Source: Nanobdellota archaeon
Lineage (GTDB): Archaea; Aenigmatarchaeota; Aenigmatarchaeia; Aenigmatarchaeales; SZUA-1535
Assembly: GCA_015661515.1 (NCBI GenBank)
Contig: DQVX01000016.1
Location: 7-64,006, forward strand
Length of the DNA stretch: 64,000 nt
Reading direction: 5' to 3'
The position numbers were made by a program, and so were the translations under genes. The notes beneath the pieces are model-generated. The model saw nothing but the letters and a program-made list of their open reading frames with translations. It was not told where the DNA came from and did not search any database. Below are positions 48,538-58,251 of the stretch, one piece after another. Position 1 is the stretch's first letter. Each line of letters begins with the position of its first letter.

Positions 48538-48646
48538 TGGAAATAATAACCGTAATAGCTTTAATACTTACTGCAAGTTTAATATGGTTTATCAGGGCAG
48601 ATAAAAAACTAAACAAAAAACTCAAAAAATTAATTGAAAAATTCGG

Positions 48647-49117
48647 GTGCTGTTCGTGAGTAAAAGAGAAAAAAAGTTCTATAATTACAATATAAGGAAT
48701 ATACTTACAAATCTTCTGCAGGCAGAAGAGCACGCAAAAGCAATGAACACAATAAACTTTATAGAAGGTGAAGGAAGCTGTTATTTAAAACACCTTCTTT
48801 TTGTTCGCGGTGAATTAAGTGAGTTAATTTCTCATTCTACTGCTCTTGAAAAATCTTCAAAAACATATGAAAGACTTTTAAAAAAGATTGAAAATTTTTT
48901 AGATAAAGTAGAAAGTGGTGCTAAGTTTACAAAAAGAGAACTTATATTGTTTGTAAGAGAGATAAGAAAAGAAATTGAAAAAGAACATAAACCTTATGCT
49001 ACTTTTAACTGTGCATGCTTACATGCAATACCTTATTTAAAAATTTTGCTTATATTTCTTGCAGGAACAGGTTTTGGTTTAACGCTTTATTTTATTTTTA
49101 AGTTTATAGGACTGTAA
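48647..49117 (+). CDS. hypothetical tail-anchored membrane protein (156 aa)
   Basis: Helical soluble part plus C-terminal TM 'ILLIFLAGTGFGLTLYFIFKFIGL'. Confidence 0.4.
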   Translation: MLFVSKREKKFYNYNIRNILTNLLQAEEHAKAMNTINFIEGEGSCYLKHLLFVRGELSELISHSTALEKSSKTYERLLKKIENFLDKVESGAKFTKRELILFVREIRKEIEKEHKPYATFNCACLHAIPYLKILLIFLAGTGFGLTLYFIFKFIGL

Positions 49118-49139
49118 AAAAGGTGAGGAATTTCTTAAA

Positions 49140-49965
49140 AAATACGGGTTTGGAAAATTCATAGCTCTTATGACTGCTACAGGCTTAATAATTTTCAGCT
49201 AAAAGGCGAAGCTGAAATATACTATAGAAAATTTGAAAGTAAATGTAACATGCAACTGGACAGAAAATCATACTGTATTAAATATTAGTGTAACTTTGTT
49301 AAGGAGTATATCAACATCACCTTTACCGCTGCTAATTCAAGTGAGCTAGAGAATGTAAGTGAAGTGCTAGTGGATATAAATTACACCAATATATCCGATG
49401 CCCCACCATTGGTGTTTATGTACAAGAAGCAAAATTGGTATGATGTAACTAATTATTCAAAAGTCAATGCAGCTGGCAAAATAATAACTCTCAATTTAAC
49501 AGCAATAGCTAATGGATTATGTATCAGCACCAGATTTAACAAGTGATGTAAATGTACCTTCTAAAGTAAAAGTAGGTAGAAAATGTTTGATTAAAGTAAC
49601 AGTTAAGAATGTTGATAATGAAGATGCTGACCAATTTACAGTAGCATTATATATAGACGGTAAATATATAGATAGCAAATCAATTAACCAATTAATAGCT
49701 GGTGAAAGCGGGCTTGTAACATTTGAATTGGTTCATATGATAAACTCACTGAGTTAGATGAAGCAAACAATATTAAAAATGCTAAAATAAAAGTTTTTAG
49801 GCCAAGTAAAAAAATATTACTACTGATATCAATCCTGAAATGTCAGTAAATCTCTCTAAGACATCGGCAAATAAGTCTATTAGTGAAGAGCCTCCAATTA
49901 TACCATCTGAGCCTAAATTTGAACAAGATTCTACTCAAGATTCCAGAAACAAAACCGTTGGATAA
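49140..49965 (+). pseudogene. frameshift-disrupted surface protein gene with CARDB-like domain
   Basis: The domain reads 'PDLTSDVNVPSKVKVGRKCLIKVTVKNVDNEDADQFTVALYIDGKYIDSKSINQLIAGESGLVTFEL ... LTELDEANN' and is spread over at least three reading frames (ORFs 49364..49546, 49512..49757 and an unlisted frame), with extra stops upstream. Confidence 0.6.
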
Positions 49966-49981
49966 AACAGTTTAGCAGGAA

Positions 49982-50536
49982 TTATAATAGTAATTGATAT
50001 TTTGAAAGCACTTCACTAACAAATTTTACCCTTTCTTCTAAATCTTTTTCTTTTATTTCAATGTAGTTTATATTTCTTTCTCTAAAAAACTTTTCAAACA
50101 TTTTATCTATTTCCCTTTGAGCTTTTCTATCAAAAACATCAATCTGCCTAAAGCTATTAACTTCTATTACAGGTCTAACAAAAAATATTAAGGAATATCT
50201 TTCTTTACCAACAGTCTCTACTATCGCTTCTATTATGCTATATTCCTCTTCTGTTATCAACCCTTTCTCTTTAAGCCATGCACTATAAACAAGCATATCC
50301 CAAACACATCTATCCGCGATTATAATTTTTGTATTGTTATTTTTCAACACTCTGTTCTCTTCTCTTATTTGCTCAAAAACCATTAAAAGCTCTTTATGGA
50401 AATACCCCATTTCTGGATAAAGCTTATGTATTTTTTCAGCAACTTCGTTCACTACAGGCAATCTAAACCTTTTCTTTAGCTCATTCACTAATGTTGTTTT
50501 TCCTACTTGATGCGACCCAGAAAATGCTACTATCAT
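49982..50536 (-). CDS. P-loop NTPase (AAA_28 / NadR-kinase-like ATPase)
   Basis: 'VAFSGSHQVGKTTLVNEL' Walker A; 'IIIADRC' Walker B-like; 184 aa. Confidence 0.55.
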   Translation of the reverse strand: MIVAFSGSHQVGKTTLVNELKKRFRLPVVNEVAEKIHKLYPEMGYFHKELLMVFEQIREENRVLKNNNTKIIIADRCVWDMLVYSAWLKEKGLITEEEYSIIEAIVETVGKERYSLIFFVRPVIEVNSFRQIDVFDRKAQREIDKMFEKFFRERNINYIEIKEKDLEERVKFVSEVLSKYQLLL

Positions 50537-50560
50537 ATGTCATACCTCAGTATTTTTTTA

Positions 50561-50908
50561 TTAAATATACATTTTCTTATTTTCTTTTATTTTTTCTTCA
50601 ATTTGTTTTTTGAGAGTTTTTCCTGTTCTAATCATTCCCGGTGCTCCTGTTCCATCTAAAAGAAAAATTACTTCATCTTTAACAAGCTCAGCTTCTTTAA
50701 GCAAAAATTTATCATAAGCAATAAGCTCTAAAATTTCTTTCATTTTCTCTTGAGCATATTTTTTTGTAGCTTCGTTTGAATTTTCTGAGAGTTCTTTGTA
50801 AAAGTTATATAACTTTTTATGCGTTTCTATTCTTTCTTTAATTATTTTCTTGAATTCCTCGTATTCTATTATTTTATAATATTCGTAATGTTCCATCATC
50901 ATTATCAA
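50561..50908 (-). CDS. hypothetical protein (115 aa)
   Basis: ORF only; helical. Confidence 0.35.
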   Translation of the reverse strand: MIMMMEHYEYYKIIEYEEFKKIIKERIETHKKLYNFYKELSENSNEATKKYAQEKMKEILELIAYDKFLLKEAELVKDEVIFLLDGTGAPGMIRTGKTLKKQIEEKIKENKKMYI

Positions 50909-51068
50909 AATTTAAATTTTATTATACTAATTTTTTATTAGAGCTTAAAAAATTTTATAGGTTGTAACACATGAGTTTGCAAAAGGCTAAGAAAATACTA
51001 CTAATGTTCTTTTCTAAGTTCTTGACAGGTAAATTTAGCTATAAAAAAATATTTGGGGGTGGTGACCC

Positions 51069-51566
51069 ATGAAAAGAAAAATGACTGTAAGCGAAATAAT
51101 AACAGTGTTATATTATTTATCCTATTATTTAAATTCTTTAACGGGTAAATTCTCTTCTAACGCATTTTCACAAAATCTAGAAACTGGTAACAAGATACAT
51201 AAAAAATTAGGATATTCTCAAGATAAATATATTTTTCAAAGATTTGTTGAAGTTGATGGAGAATATTGGCAAATTATAGGAAAACCAGATGAAGTTAATG
51301 AAGAAGAAGGATACATCGGTGAACTTAAAACTTATAGAAATAAAAAGAAAAAGGAAAAGATTAAGGAAATTGCAGAAACACAAGCTAATATTTACTGCTT
51401 TTTAAGCGGTTTTCCAAAATTTAAAGTATATCTTTATGATGCTTTAGAAGATAAAAAAACTTATGAAAAAGAATATGAAGCGAATTATAAAAAAGCTGAA
51501 GAAGATATTAAAAAAGCGGTTAGAAGAAAGAAAAAAGCACATAAACTGCTAAAAAAATTAAAATAA
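51069..51566 (+). CDS. small PD-(D/E)xK nuclease-fold protein (Hjc/restriction-endonuclease-like) with Lys-rich tail
   Basis: '...ETGNKIHKKLGY...IIGKPDEVNEEEGYIGELKTY' gives an E ... D-x13-E-x-K arrangement compatible with the Hjc-type active site. Confidence 0.35.
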   Translation: MKRKMTVSEIITVLYYLSYYLNSLTGKFSSNAFSQNLETGNKIHKKLGYSQDKYIFQRFVEVDGEYWQIIGKPDEVNEEEGYIGELKTYRNKKKKEKIKEIAETQANIYCFLSGFPKFKVYLYDALEDKKTYEKEYEANYKKAEEDIKKAVRRKKKAHKLLKKLK

Positions 51567-51567
51567 A

Positions 51568-52101
51568 TTAATAAATTACTGTACAACCTTTTGTTTTACA
51601 GGTATTAATAAGATAATCTATTGCATATTTATTGCCTAATATAACACCAGTAGGCAATTCACAAAATTTATAATCTCCATTTATCATTATTTTTTCTCCA
51701 TTCATATTTTCACAAATCTTTTGTTCTTTTTCCTTTCCAAGAAAATATCCATTTTTTTCCTGACCTTTAGCAGGATAACCTTGAATTACAATAAGAGTTT
51801 TATTCTCTATAATTCCAAAAAGAAGTGGAACACCACCATCCCAAGAAAAATTAAAGTTTTTATAAAGATAACTTAGATATTTTTTAGGCTGTGTAGTTTT
51901 TACAATTTTAATTTCGTTTTCATAATTTTTAAGATATTCTATCATAGCGTGACAATGAGGACATGCTGGAGAATATATTAAATATACCACATTTTCTTTA
52001 TTTTCATGAATTTGGTTTGTATTTTGGTTTTTTTCTTCTTGCATTATGCATGCAGAAAACAGAACAAGTGCAAAAATAAAAAGAAAATAAACTTTTCTCA
52101 T
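51568..52101 (-). CDS. secreted thioredoxin-fold thiol:disulfide oxidoreductase
   Basis: Signal peptide 'MRKVYFLFIFALVLFSAC'; 'SPACPHCHAM' CxxC active site. Confidence 0.7.
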   Translation of the reverse strand: MRKVYFLFIFALVLFSACIMQEEKNQNTNQIHENKENVVYLIYSPACPHCHAMIEYLKNYENEIKIVKTTQPKKYLSYLYKNFNFSWDGGVPLLFGIIENKTLIVIQGYPAKGQEKNGYFLGKEKEQKICENMNGEKIMINGDYKFCELPTGVILGNKYAIDYLINTCKTKGCTVIY

Positions 52102-52104
52102 GCA

Positions 52105-52758
52105 TCACACCGTTAAGAAAACTCCTAACAATAATAATCCTGCAATAAGATGAAGCTTTTTTATGTGTCTTTCTTTCCAATCTAAAATTTTCTTTGGAGA
52201 AGTACCAAAAGCTACTATTAATGTTATTGCAATCATTGGTAAAATGAAAATAAAGTTATAATAAAGAAGAATTGCGAGTTTTTCTAAAGAGCTTTGAGCT
52301 AGAAGCATTAATGCACTTAAATAAGGTCCTGAAGAGCATGGGAGTAAAAGTATAGAGCAAAGTGCAGCAACAGGAATTGCTGTATACGGATTTTCTACTG
52401 AAGCTAAAAGTTTTTTTGCGTAAGGCCTAAACTTTAAGGGCATTTCTAAGGAGCGAAAACCAGGTTTGTAAGATAAAACAGCATAAAATTCCATTATTAT
52501 CATAATTCCTAAAAGTACTTTCAAAACAATTCTGAGAATATTTTCTATTCCTAAAGTATACAATACTTGAAGTATACCTAAACCATAAAGAAGATACATA
52601 AAGTAAATTGTTCCAAAGAAAAATACTCCTCCTAAGAGTGCATTTTTTCTACCTTTAGTTATTAAAAGAGCTGAAAGTAAAAGAGCTTGAACAGTTAATG
52701 TACATGGATTTACAGCATCAACTAAAGCCAAACTTGTTATATGAATTATATCTGCCAT
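52105..52758 (-). CDS. ccdA: CcdA/DsbD-family transmembrane disulfide electron transporter
   Basis: Six TM helices; conserved Cys in 'DAVNPCTL' and 'LLLPCSSGPYL'. Confidence 0.7.
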   Translation of the reverse strand: MADIIHITSLALVDAVNPCTLTVQALLLSALLITKGRKNALLGGVFFFGTIYFMYLLYGLGILQVLYTLGIENILRIVLKVLLGIMIIMEFYAVLSYKPGFRSLEMPLKFRPYAKKLLASVENPYTAIPVAALCSILLLPCSSGPYLSALMLLAQSSLEKLAILLYYNFIFILPMIAITLIVAFGTSPKKILDWKERHIKKLHLIAGLLLLGVFLTV

Positions 52759-52811
52759 AAATAAATAATGAGAAAAAAATCTTATATAAACTTAATCTTG
52801 AATTTTGAAGT

Positions 52812-54122
52812 ATGGGACTTAAAAGAGAGTTAGGACTTTTTGAAATAACTCTTTATGGAATTGGAATGATAGTGGGTGCAGGAATTTATGCTTTAATAGG
52901 AAAAGTTGCTGGTTTAGCTGGAAATGGTGTGTGGCTTTCCTTTCTTATATCTTCTTTTCTTGCTATATTTACAGGGCTAAGCTATGCAGAGCTTTCAAGT
53001 ATTTTTACTAAGGATTCTGCAGAATTTGATTATGTTAGACATGCTACTAAAAGTAAATATCTCAGCTATATTGTTGCATGGTTTATGTTAGCAAGCATGA
53101 TTATTTCTGCAACTGTTGTTGCTTTAGGATTTGGAGGGTATCTTTCAGCTATTTTAGGCATAGCCAACGCTGTAGTTTTTGCAGCTTTATCTATTTTTAT
53201 TTTTACTTTGATAAATTTTGTTGGAATAAAGATTTCTGCTAAAATAAATAATGTCGCAACAATTTTAGAGGTGTTAGGACTAGCTCTTATAATCTTTGGA
53301 GTAATAGCTATAGTAGGATTAAATCCTAACTATACTAAAGTTAAAATAGATTATTTTGACTTTTCACTTTCTGGTGTAATTTCAGGTGCTATTTTAGCAT
53401 TTTTTGCATATATAGGATTTGGAAGTATAGCAAAAATGGGAGAAGAAGTAAAAAATCCTGAAAAAACACTACCTAAAGCTATATTACTTTCTATTTTTAT
53501 CACAACACTTCTTTACATAGGCGTTGCAATAGCTTCTATAACAATAGCTTCTCCTCAAGAATTATATACTTCATCTGAACCAGCAGCTCTTATAGCTGAA
53601 AAAATACACCCTAATTTAAAACTAATTCTTTCTATCATAGCTCTTTTTTCAACAGGAAATACAATTCTCCTTATTTTAATTTCTTCTTCACGCATGCTTT
53701 ATGGATTAGCTTCTCAAAAAGTTTTCCCTCCAATATTTTCTAAGATAAATAAATTTACACATACTCCGCATTATGCAGTCTTAATAACAGGAATTATAGC
53801 TACAGCTCTTTTAATATATAGTGATATAAAAATTGTTGCAGAAGTGACAAATTTATGGATTTTTATATGCTATTTCTTTGTAAATCTTTCTGTAATATTG
53901 CTTAGATATAAAAACCTTGAAAAAGAAAGAAGTTTTAAAATACCACTTAATATAGGAAAATTTCCTTTACTTGCCTTTTTTGGTGTAGTAACTTCGTTAT
54001 GGATGATTTTTGAAACTATAAAAGAAAGATTCTTTTTAGAAGATCCTGCTATATATCTTACTTTACTTGTTTTATGCATTGCAACTATATTTTATTTGTT
54101 TGAGCGGTTTAAAAATTTATAA
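52812..54122 (+). CDS. APC-superfamily amino acid permease
   Basis: 12 TM helices; 'GAGIYALIGKVAGLAG' N-terminal consensus of amino acid/polyamine transporters. Confidence 0.8.
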   Translation: MGLKRELGLFEITLYGIGMIVGAGIYALIGKVAGLAGNGVWLSFLISSFLAIFTGLSYAELSSIFTKDSAEFDYVRHATKSKYLSYIVAWFMLASMIISATVVALGFGGYLSAILGIANAVVFAALSIFIFTLINFVGIKISAKINNVATILEVLGLALIIFGVIAIVGLNPNYTKVKIDYFDFSLSGVISGAILAFFAYIGFGSIAKMGEEVKNPEKTLPKAILLSIFITTLLYIGVAIASITIASPQELYTSSEPAALIAEKIHPNLKLILSIIALFSTGNTILLILISSSRMLYGLASQKVFPPIFSKINKFTHTPHYAVLITGIIATALLIYSDIKIVAEVTNLWIFICYFFVNLSVILLRYKNLEKERSFKIPLNIGKFPLLAFFGVVTSLWMIFETIKERFFLEDPAIYLTLLVLCIATIFYLFERFKNL

Positions 54123-54152
54123 AATAATGGTTTTGAAAATATTAATAATAAG

Positions 54153-54809
54153 GTGAGTGCCATGAAACTTAGTTCTGGATATATAATAGTTGGTGCATAT
54201 GCCGATAAAGTACGACGCATATTATTTGCTCAATTAAAAGATTATATCAAAAACAAAGAAATTAGCTCGCAAGATATTGCTAAAGCCTCTGGAGATTTAA
54301 ATAAGTTATTATATGAAATATTTGTAAACAAACTTAAACTTGATAAGGGCGATGTAGTTAGAATAATGGTAGAGTATGAATTGGTTAATAATAAAATAAA
54401 TTGGAAACTTGACACATTAAATATAGAAGTGTTTAAAAGAATGCCAGAAGAAGAAATTAAACCCGTTATAACAGATGCTATTAGTAGAATTGAAGAACTT
54501 GAAGAAGTTGAACAAACTAAATTTAACATTGAAAAAGCCGGTAAAACTGAGCTTGGAGATATTGTATATTTTGTAAAAGTAGAAGGTGAATTTGTCGGAG
54601 CTTTAATATTAACACCATTAAATGGCGAAGGTTTAGTTAGAGGGGCTATAATAAAGCCTAATCCTATTGCTATTGATAAAACAAAAATAAAAATAACTGA
54701 AAACATTGAAAGAACGCTTAGTGAATTAGTAGAACAAAAAGGGAGAGAAATTGACGAAGCAACAGCTGAAAAGATTGTAAATGAAATTAAAGATATGCTA
54801 GTTGAATAA
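54153..54809 (+). CDS. hypothetical soluble protein (218 aa)
   Basis: ORF only; no motif recognised. Confidence 0.4.
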   Translation: MSAMKLSSGYIIVGAYADKVRRILFAQLKDYIKNKEISSQDIAKASGDLNKLLYEIFVNKLKLDKGDVVRIMVEYELVNNKINWKLDTLNIEVFKRMPEEEIKPVITDAISRIEELEEVEQTKFNIEKAGKTELGDIVYFVKVEGEFVGALILTPLNGEGLVRGAIIKPNPIAIDKTKIKITENIERTLSELVEQKGREIDEATAEKIVNEIKDMLVE

Positions 54810-54844
54810 TTTTAAAAGTTTAGTTATACTAAACTTATTATAGT

Positions 54845-54967
54845 GCGCCGGTAGTCTAGGGGTAGGACACTGCCCTGCCACGGCAGAGGCCCGGGTTCGA
54901 AATATAACTAATATTAATATCACAGCTCTTTACTATACCTTGTTCGAATTTCCCGGCCGGCGCACCA
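54845..54967 (+). tRNA. tRNA-Gly(GCC) with ~49-nt T-loop intron; CCA encoded
   Basis: Acceptor 'GCGCCGG/CCGGCGC'; D-arm 'GTCTAGGGGTAGGAC'; 'CTGCC CTGCCAC GGCAG'; T-arm 'CCGGG TTCGAA[54902..54950]T CCCGG'. Confidence 0.75.
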
Positions 54968-54971
54968 TTTT

Positions 54972-55139
54972 ATGAAAAGAAAAACAAGAAAAATTCTTGA
55001 AAAAAAGTGGAAAAGAATTGCTAAAGAAAGAATAGCAATTCTTGAAAAAATGAAAAAAATAAAACCAGAATTTGCTCAGCGTTATGATGAACTTATTTAT
55101 CTTATAAAGAAAAAATGTAGACTTCTCCCTAAAAGATAA
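54972..55139 (+). CDS. small basic protein (55 aa), not in ORF track
   Basis: 'MKRKTRKILEKKWKRIAKERIAILEKMKKIKPEFAQRYDELIYLIKKKCRLLPKR' lies immediately 3' of tRNA-Gly. Confidence 0.35.
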   Translation: MKRKTRKILEKKWKRIAKERIAILEKMKKIKPEFAQRYDELIYLIKKKCRLLPKR

Positions 55140-55172
55140 ATTATATATACTTCTCTTCTCTTTAAACTAAAT

Positions 55173-55547
55173 ATGTCAGGAGAAATATCTCTTCCTCCTG
55201 AAGCACAACAAGTTATTGCACAACTTCAAACATTTCAACAGCAATTACAAGCTAGTATTCTTCAAAGAGATTCCTTAAATTTACAAAAATTAGAAATTGA
55301 AAAAGCCTTAGAAGCTTTAGAAAAAGTTAAAGAAAATGAAAGCGTATATAAAATTACAGGACCTGTACTTATTAAAACTAAAAAATCTGAAGTTGAAAAA
55401 GAGTTGAAAGAAAAATTAGAAGAAATAGAAGTAAAAATAAAATCTCTTGAAAAGCTTATTAAAAAACTTGAAGAAAAAATTAAAGAAAAACAAGAAAAAA
55501 TTAAAGCATTTTTTGAAGGTTCTATTTCTTTTGGAGGTGCGCAATAA
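55173..55547 (+). CDS. pfdB: prefoldin beta subunit
   Basis: 124 aa coiled coil. 'QQVIAQLQTFQQQLQASILQRDSLNLQKLEIEKALEALEK...VYKITGPVLIK' matches the GimC beta pattern. Confidence 0.75.
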   Translation: MSGEISLPPEAQQVIAQLQTFQQQLQASILQRDSLNLQKLEIEKALEALEKVKENESVYKITGPVLIKTKKSEVEKELKEKLEEIEVKIKSLEKLIKKLEEKIKEKQEKIKAFFEGSISFGGAQ

Positions 55548-55560
55548 AGATTTTTTATTT

Positions 55561-55911
55561 TTACAGTTGAAGAAGAAAGAAGAAAGGCTTGTATATTTCA
55601 AAAAATGTGTGAGTAACAAAACAAAGAAAACCTATTATAATTGCATGAGAAAAAGAAATATCTCTAAAAACAAGTTTTATTAAAACTATCCAAAATAATG
55701 CAGGAATTATTATAAACGGGTTCCATATATTTATCCCTAACCTTAAGAAAAAACCTATTATCAAAGGAATTATATAGTTTTGGAAATTTGCTATAGAAGC
55801 AACAATAAGTATTTTTGGTATATTTACATATTCATGAAATATTTTAAGCCATATATAAATTATTGCAGAAGTAAAAATTATTGGCAATATAATATTATTT
55901 ATAACTTCCAT
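55561..55911 (-). CDS. small integral membrane protein (116 aa)
   Basis: Four hydrophobic helices; 2-nt gap to the upstream 431-aa ORF. Confidence 0.4.
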   Translation of the reverse strand: MEVINNIILPIIFTSAIIYIWLKIFHEYVNIPKILIVASIANFQNYIIPLIIGFFLRLGINIWNPFIIIPALFWIVLIKLVFRDISFSHAIIIGFLCFVTHTFFEIYKPFFFLLQL

Positions 55912-55913
55912 TT

Positions 55914-57209
55914 TTATTCACCTAATTCAAGTTCCGCATCGCTTATAATTATCCAGCCATCTCCATATGTTTCAAACTTTATTTTATTCTCTCCAATTGA
56001 AAGATCATCTTTTGTAAGTTTTATTTCATATTTTTCCCCTTCTTTTATTATACCATGAATAAGTATTCTTTTTTCTTTTCCATCACTTTTCACAACTTTT
56101 AAAGCAATAGATATGACATCTCCATAAATTTTTTGAATAGTAAAGGAAAGAGTAGCATTTTTCTTTAAAAGCATGTTGTATTCATCTTCTGAAATATTAA
56201 AAGTAAAAACAGGGCTTTCTTTTTCTCTATAAAAAAGTACCGCATTAACTTTTTCTATATAAAATGAAGTATTTTTTTCTGTGTAAAATTCGAGAAGATT
56301 TACACCTTTCTTTATTTCTATTTTTTCAGGTTCTAAATCTATCATAGGAGCTTTTTCTCTACCACGATATATTTCTTTTCCATTAAATTTTACTATTAAA
56401 TTTCCTTCTCCTTCTATTTTTTCAACTGTCCATAATAGTCTCAAAAGTCTTAATGTCTTTATTTCATCTCCTATATTGAATGGTAGTTCTTTTTTCTTGA
56501 GATCAAAAAAGTAAAGTGTAACATTGAATGAAAGAATATATGTAGTCGGGGCCCATAATCTCCAACCAGAAGAAGTTGCAAAAATCATTATTTCATTTCT
56601 TTCTTTAAGTTTTGAAACATTAAGATCTATTACAACTTTTCCACGTCTTGTAAGATTTTCATAAATAAGTTCATTGTTCAAAAATACTAATAAATTTCCA
56701 TAAAGATTTGTATCATGTACTTCAATTTCTATCTTTGCTTTTTCTACCATTTCAGGCCAGAATATATAAAATGTATTCTCATAAGCCTTTCTACCTCCAA
56801 AACCATTTTTTACTGTTATATTGCTTTCTGAAAGAGCAATTTTTTCATCTGCAGTAAAGCTAATAATAACATTTTCAGCAATTGTTATGTGTTTTATTTT
56901 TTCATTTATTCCAACTTCAAATATTTTTATTACACTTTTATTTTCTGTTTCTGGAGGAGAAGGATAAGAAATATAAGTTACTTGATTTTCTTGAGGAGAA
57001 ATAAAAAATCCTTCTTGAAAAGTAATTACAAAAAGTCCTGCAAGAAGTAATATAGCTACTGCCATTACTCTCTCAAAATCTGACATAAAGATATTAAGTT
57101 TTCTAAATAATAAAAAGTTTGTGAAAATGTGGTATAACGTAAAGGAAAAGGCTGTGAAGCTTAGAATAGAGGCTCCAGAAGAAATATTTTTTATAAAGCA
57201 TTTTATCAC
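55914..57209 (-). CDS. signal-anchored extracytoplasmic protein (start probably the internal Met at 'MSDFERVMAVAILL')
   Basis: TM 'AVAILLLAGLFVITF' followed by a ~390-aa beta-rich domain. Confidence 0.45.
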   Translation of the reverse strand: MIKCFIKNISSGASILSFTAFSFTLYHIFTNFLLFRKLNIFMSDFERVMAVAILLLAGLFVITFQEGFFISPQENQVTYISYPSPPETENKSVIKIFEVGINEKIKHITIAENVIISFTADEKIALSESNITVKNGFGGRKAYENTFYIFWPEMVEKAKIEIEVHDTNLYGNLLVFLNNELIYENLTRRGKVVIDLNVSKLKERNEIMIFATSSGWRLWAPTTYILSFNVTLYFFDLKKKELPFNIGDEIKTLRLLRLLWTVEKIEGEGNLIVKFNGKEIYRGREKAPMIDLEPEKIEIKKGVNLLEFYTEKNTSFYIEKVNAVLFYREKESPVFTFNISEDEYNMLLKKNATLSFTIQKIYGDVISIALKVVKSDGKEKRILIHGIIKEGEKYEIKLTKDDLSIGENKIKFETYGDGWIIISDAELELGE

Positions 57210-58116
57210 CCCACATAGCTATGTTACTGCAGAAACTATAAGATCAAAAGAAATTATAAGAGATGGTAGAAAAATTAAAGTAGGAAAAGAAAAAATAAAG
57301 CTAACTATTGAAGTTGAAAAAATAGAAATAAAGGAAAATGGACTTAAAATTCTTGGAAAAATTGTTGAAAGTTCAAAAGAAACAAAAGGTTATCATTCTT
57401 TAGTTCTTTCTGTTGGTTCAGAAGCAATAATAAAAAAAGACTGGAAAAATTGGGAAATAGAAAAGCTTAGAAAATTAATTAGGCCTTGTGAAAAAGTGCT
57501 TGTTTGCGTAATGGATGAAAAAGAAGCTGAAATATTTATTATAGGAGATGTTATAGAAGAAAAAGGAAAAATTTATTCTGGTTTTTTCAAAGCTCATGAT
57601 TCTTCGCTTAAAACAAGATTTTTTTCCGAAATTTCGAAAGCCATAAAAGACTGGGAGGGGAAAATAATATTAGCTGGACCAGGTTTTGCAAAAGAAGAAT
57701 TTTTCAAATATCTAAAAGAAAATTTATCAGAAATAAAATCAAGAAAAGTTTTTGTGGATTCTATTTCGCATACAGGAATGGCTGGGGTAAATGAGCTTTT
57801 AAAAAGAGGTACTTTAAAAAGAATTTTAAAGGAAACAAGAATTTCTGAAGAAGCAAAAGAAATAGAAAAGTTTTTTGAAGAAATAGCAAAAGAGGGATTA
57901 GCAGTTTATGGAGCCCAAGAAGTTAAAAAAGCTATAGAGTTAGGTGCTTTAGAAAAACTTTTGATAAGCACAAAGTTGATAGAAAAGTATAAAGAGCTTT
58001 TAGATCAAGCAGAGAAAATAGGAGCAAAAATCATGCTAATAAGCGATTCTCATCCTGAAGGAGAAAGATTTTATCATTTCTGCGGAATAGGAGGGTTTTT
58101 GAGGTTTAGAATGTGA
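57121..58116 (+). CDS. pelA: Pelota/Dom34 (mRNA surveillance, eRF1-like, no GGQ)
   Basis: 331 aa; eRF1 domain 2/3 architecture; C-terminal 'FCGIGGFLRFRM' resembles the 'GGIGAILRY' terminus of Pelota; no GGQ motif. Confidence 0.7.
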   Translation: MKMWYNVKEKAVKLRIEAPEEIFFIKHFITPHSYVTAETIRSKEIIRDGRKIKVGKEKIKLTIEVEKIEIKENGLKILGKIVESSKETKGYHSLVLSVGSEAIIKKDWKNWEIEKLRKLIRPCEKVLVCVMDEKEAEIFIIGDVIEEKGKIYSGFFKAHDSSLKTRFFSEISKAIKDWEGKIILAGPGFAKEEFFKYLKENLSEIKSRKVFVDSISHTGMAGVNELLKRGTLKRILKETRISEEAKEIEKFFEEIAKEGLAVYGAQEVKKAIELGALEKLLISTKLIEKYKELLDQAEKIGAKIMLISDSHPEGERFYHFCGIGGFLRFRM

Positions 58117-58251
58117 TGTGAAATAACTGCTGGAAAATAAAAGGTGATAAATATTATTATATCTTCGATTTTTTCGTATTTTTGTTCATCCTCTATAAAA
58201 TAGCTTATGAATCATGTTAATCATAAAAAATAAAAAAGGCTTAATTGTATT

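Noticed and set aside
55416-55911. Overlapping Lys-rich ORFs 55416..55619 (-) and 55447..55683 (+) after prefoldin
   Set aside because: Poly-A/T driven low-complexity translations. Only the 116-aa membrane ORF (55561..55911) has a plausible hydropathy pattern.
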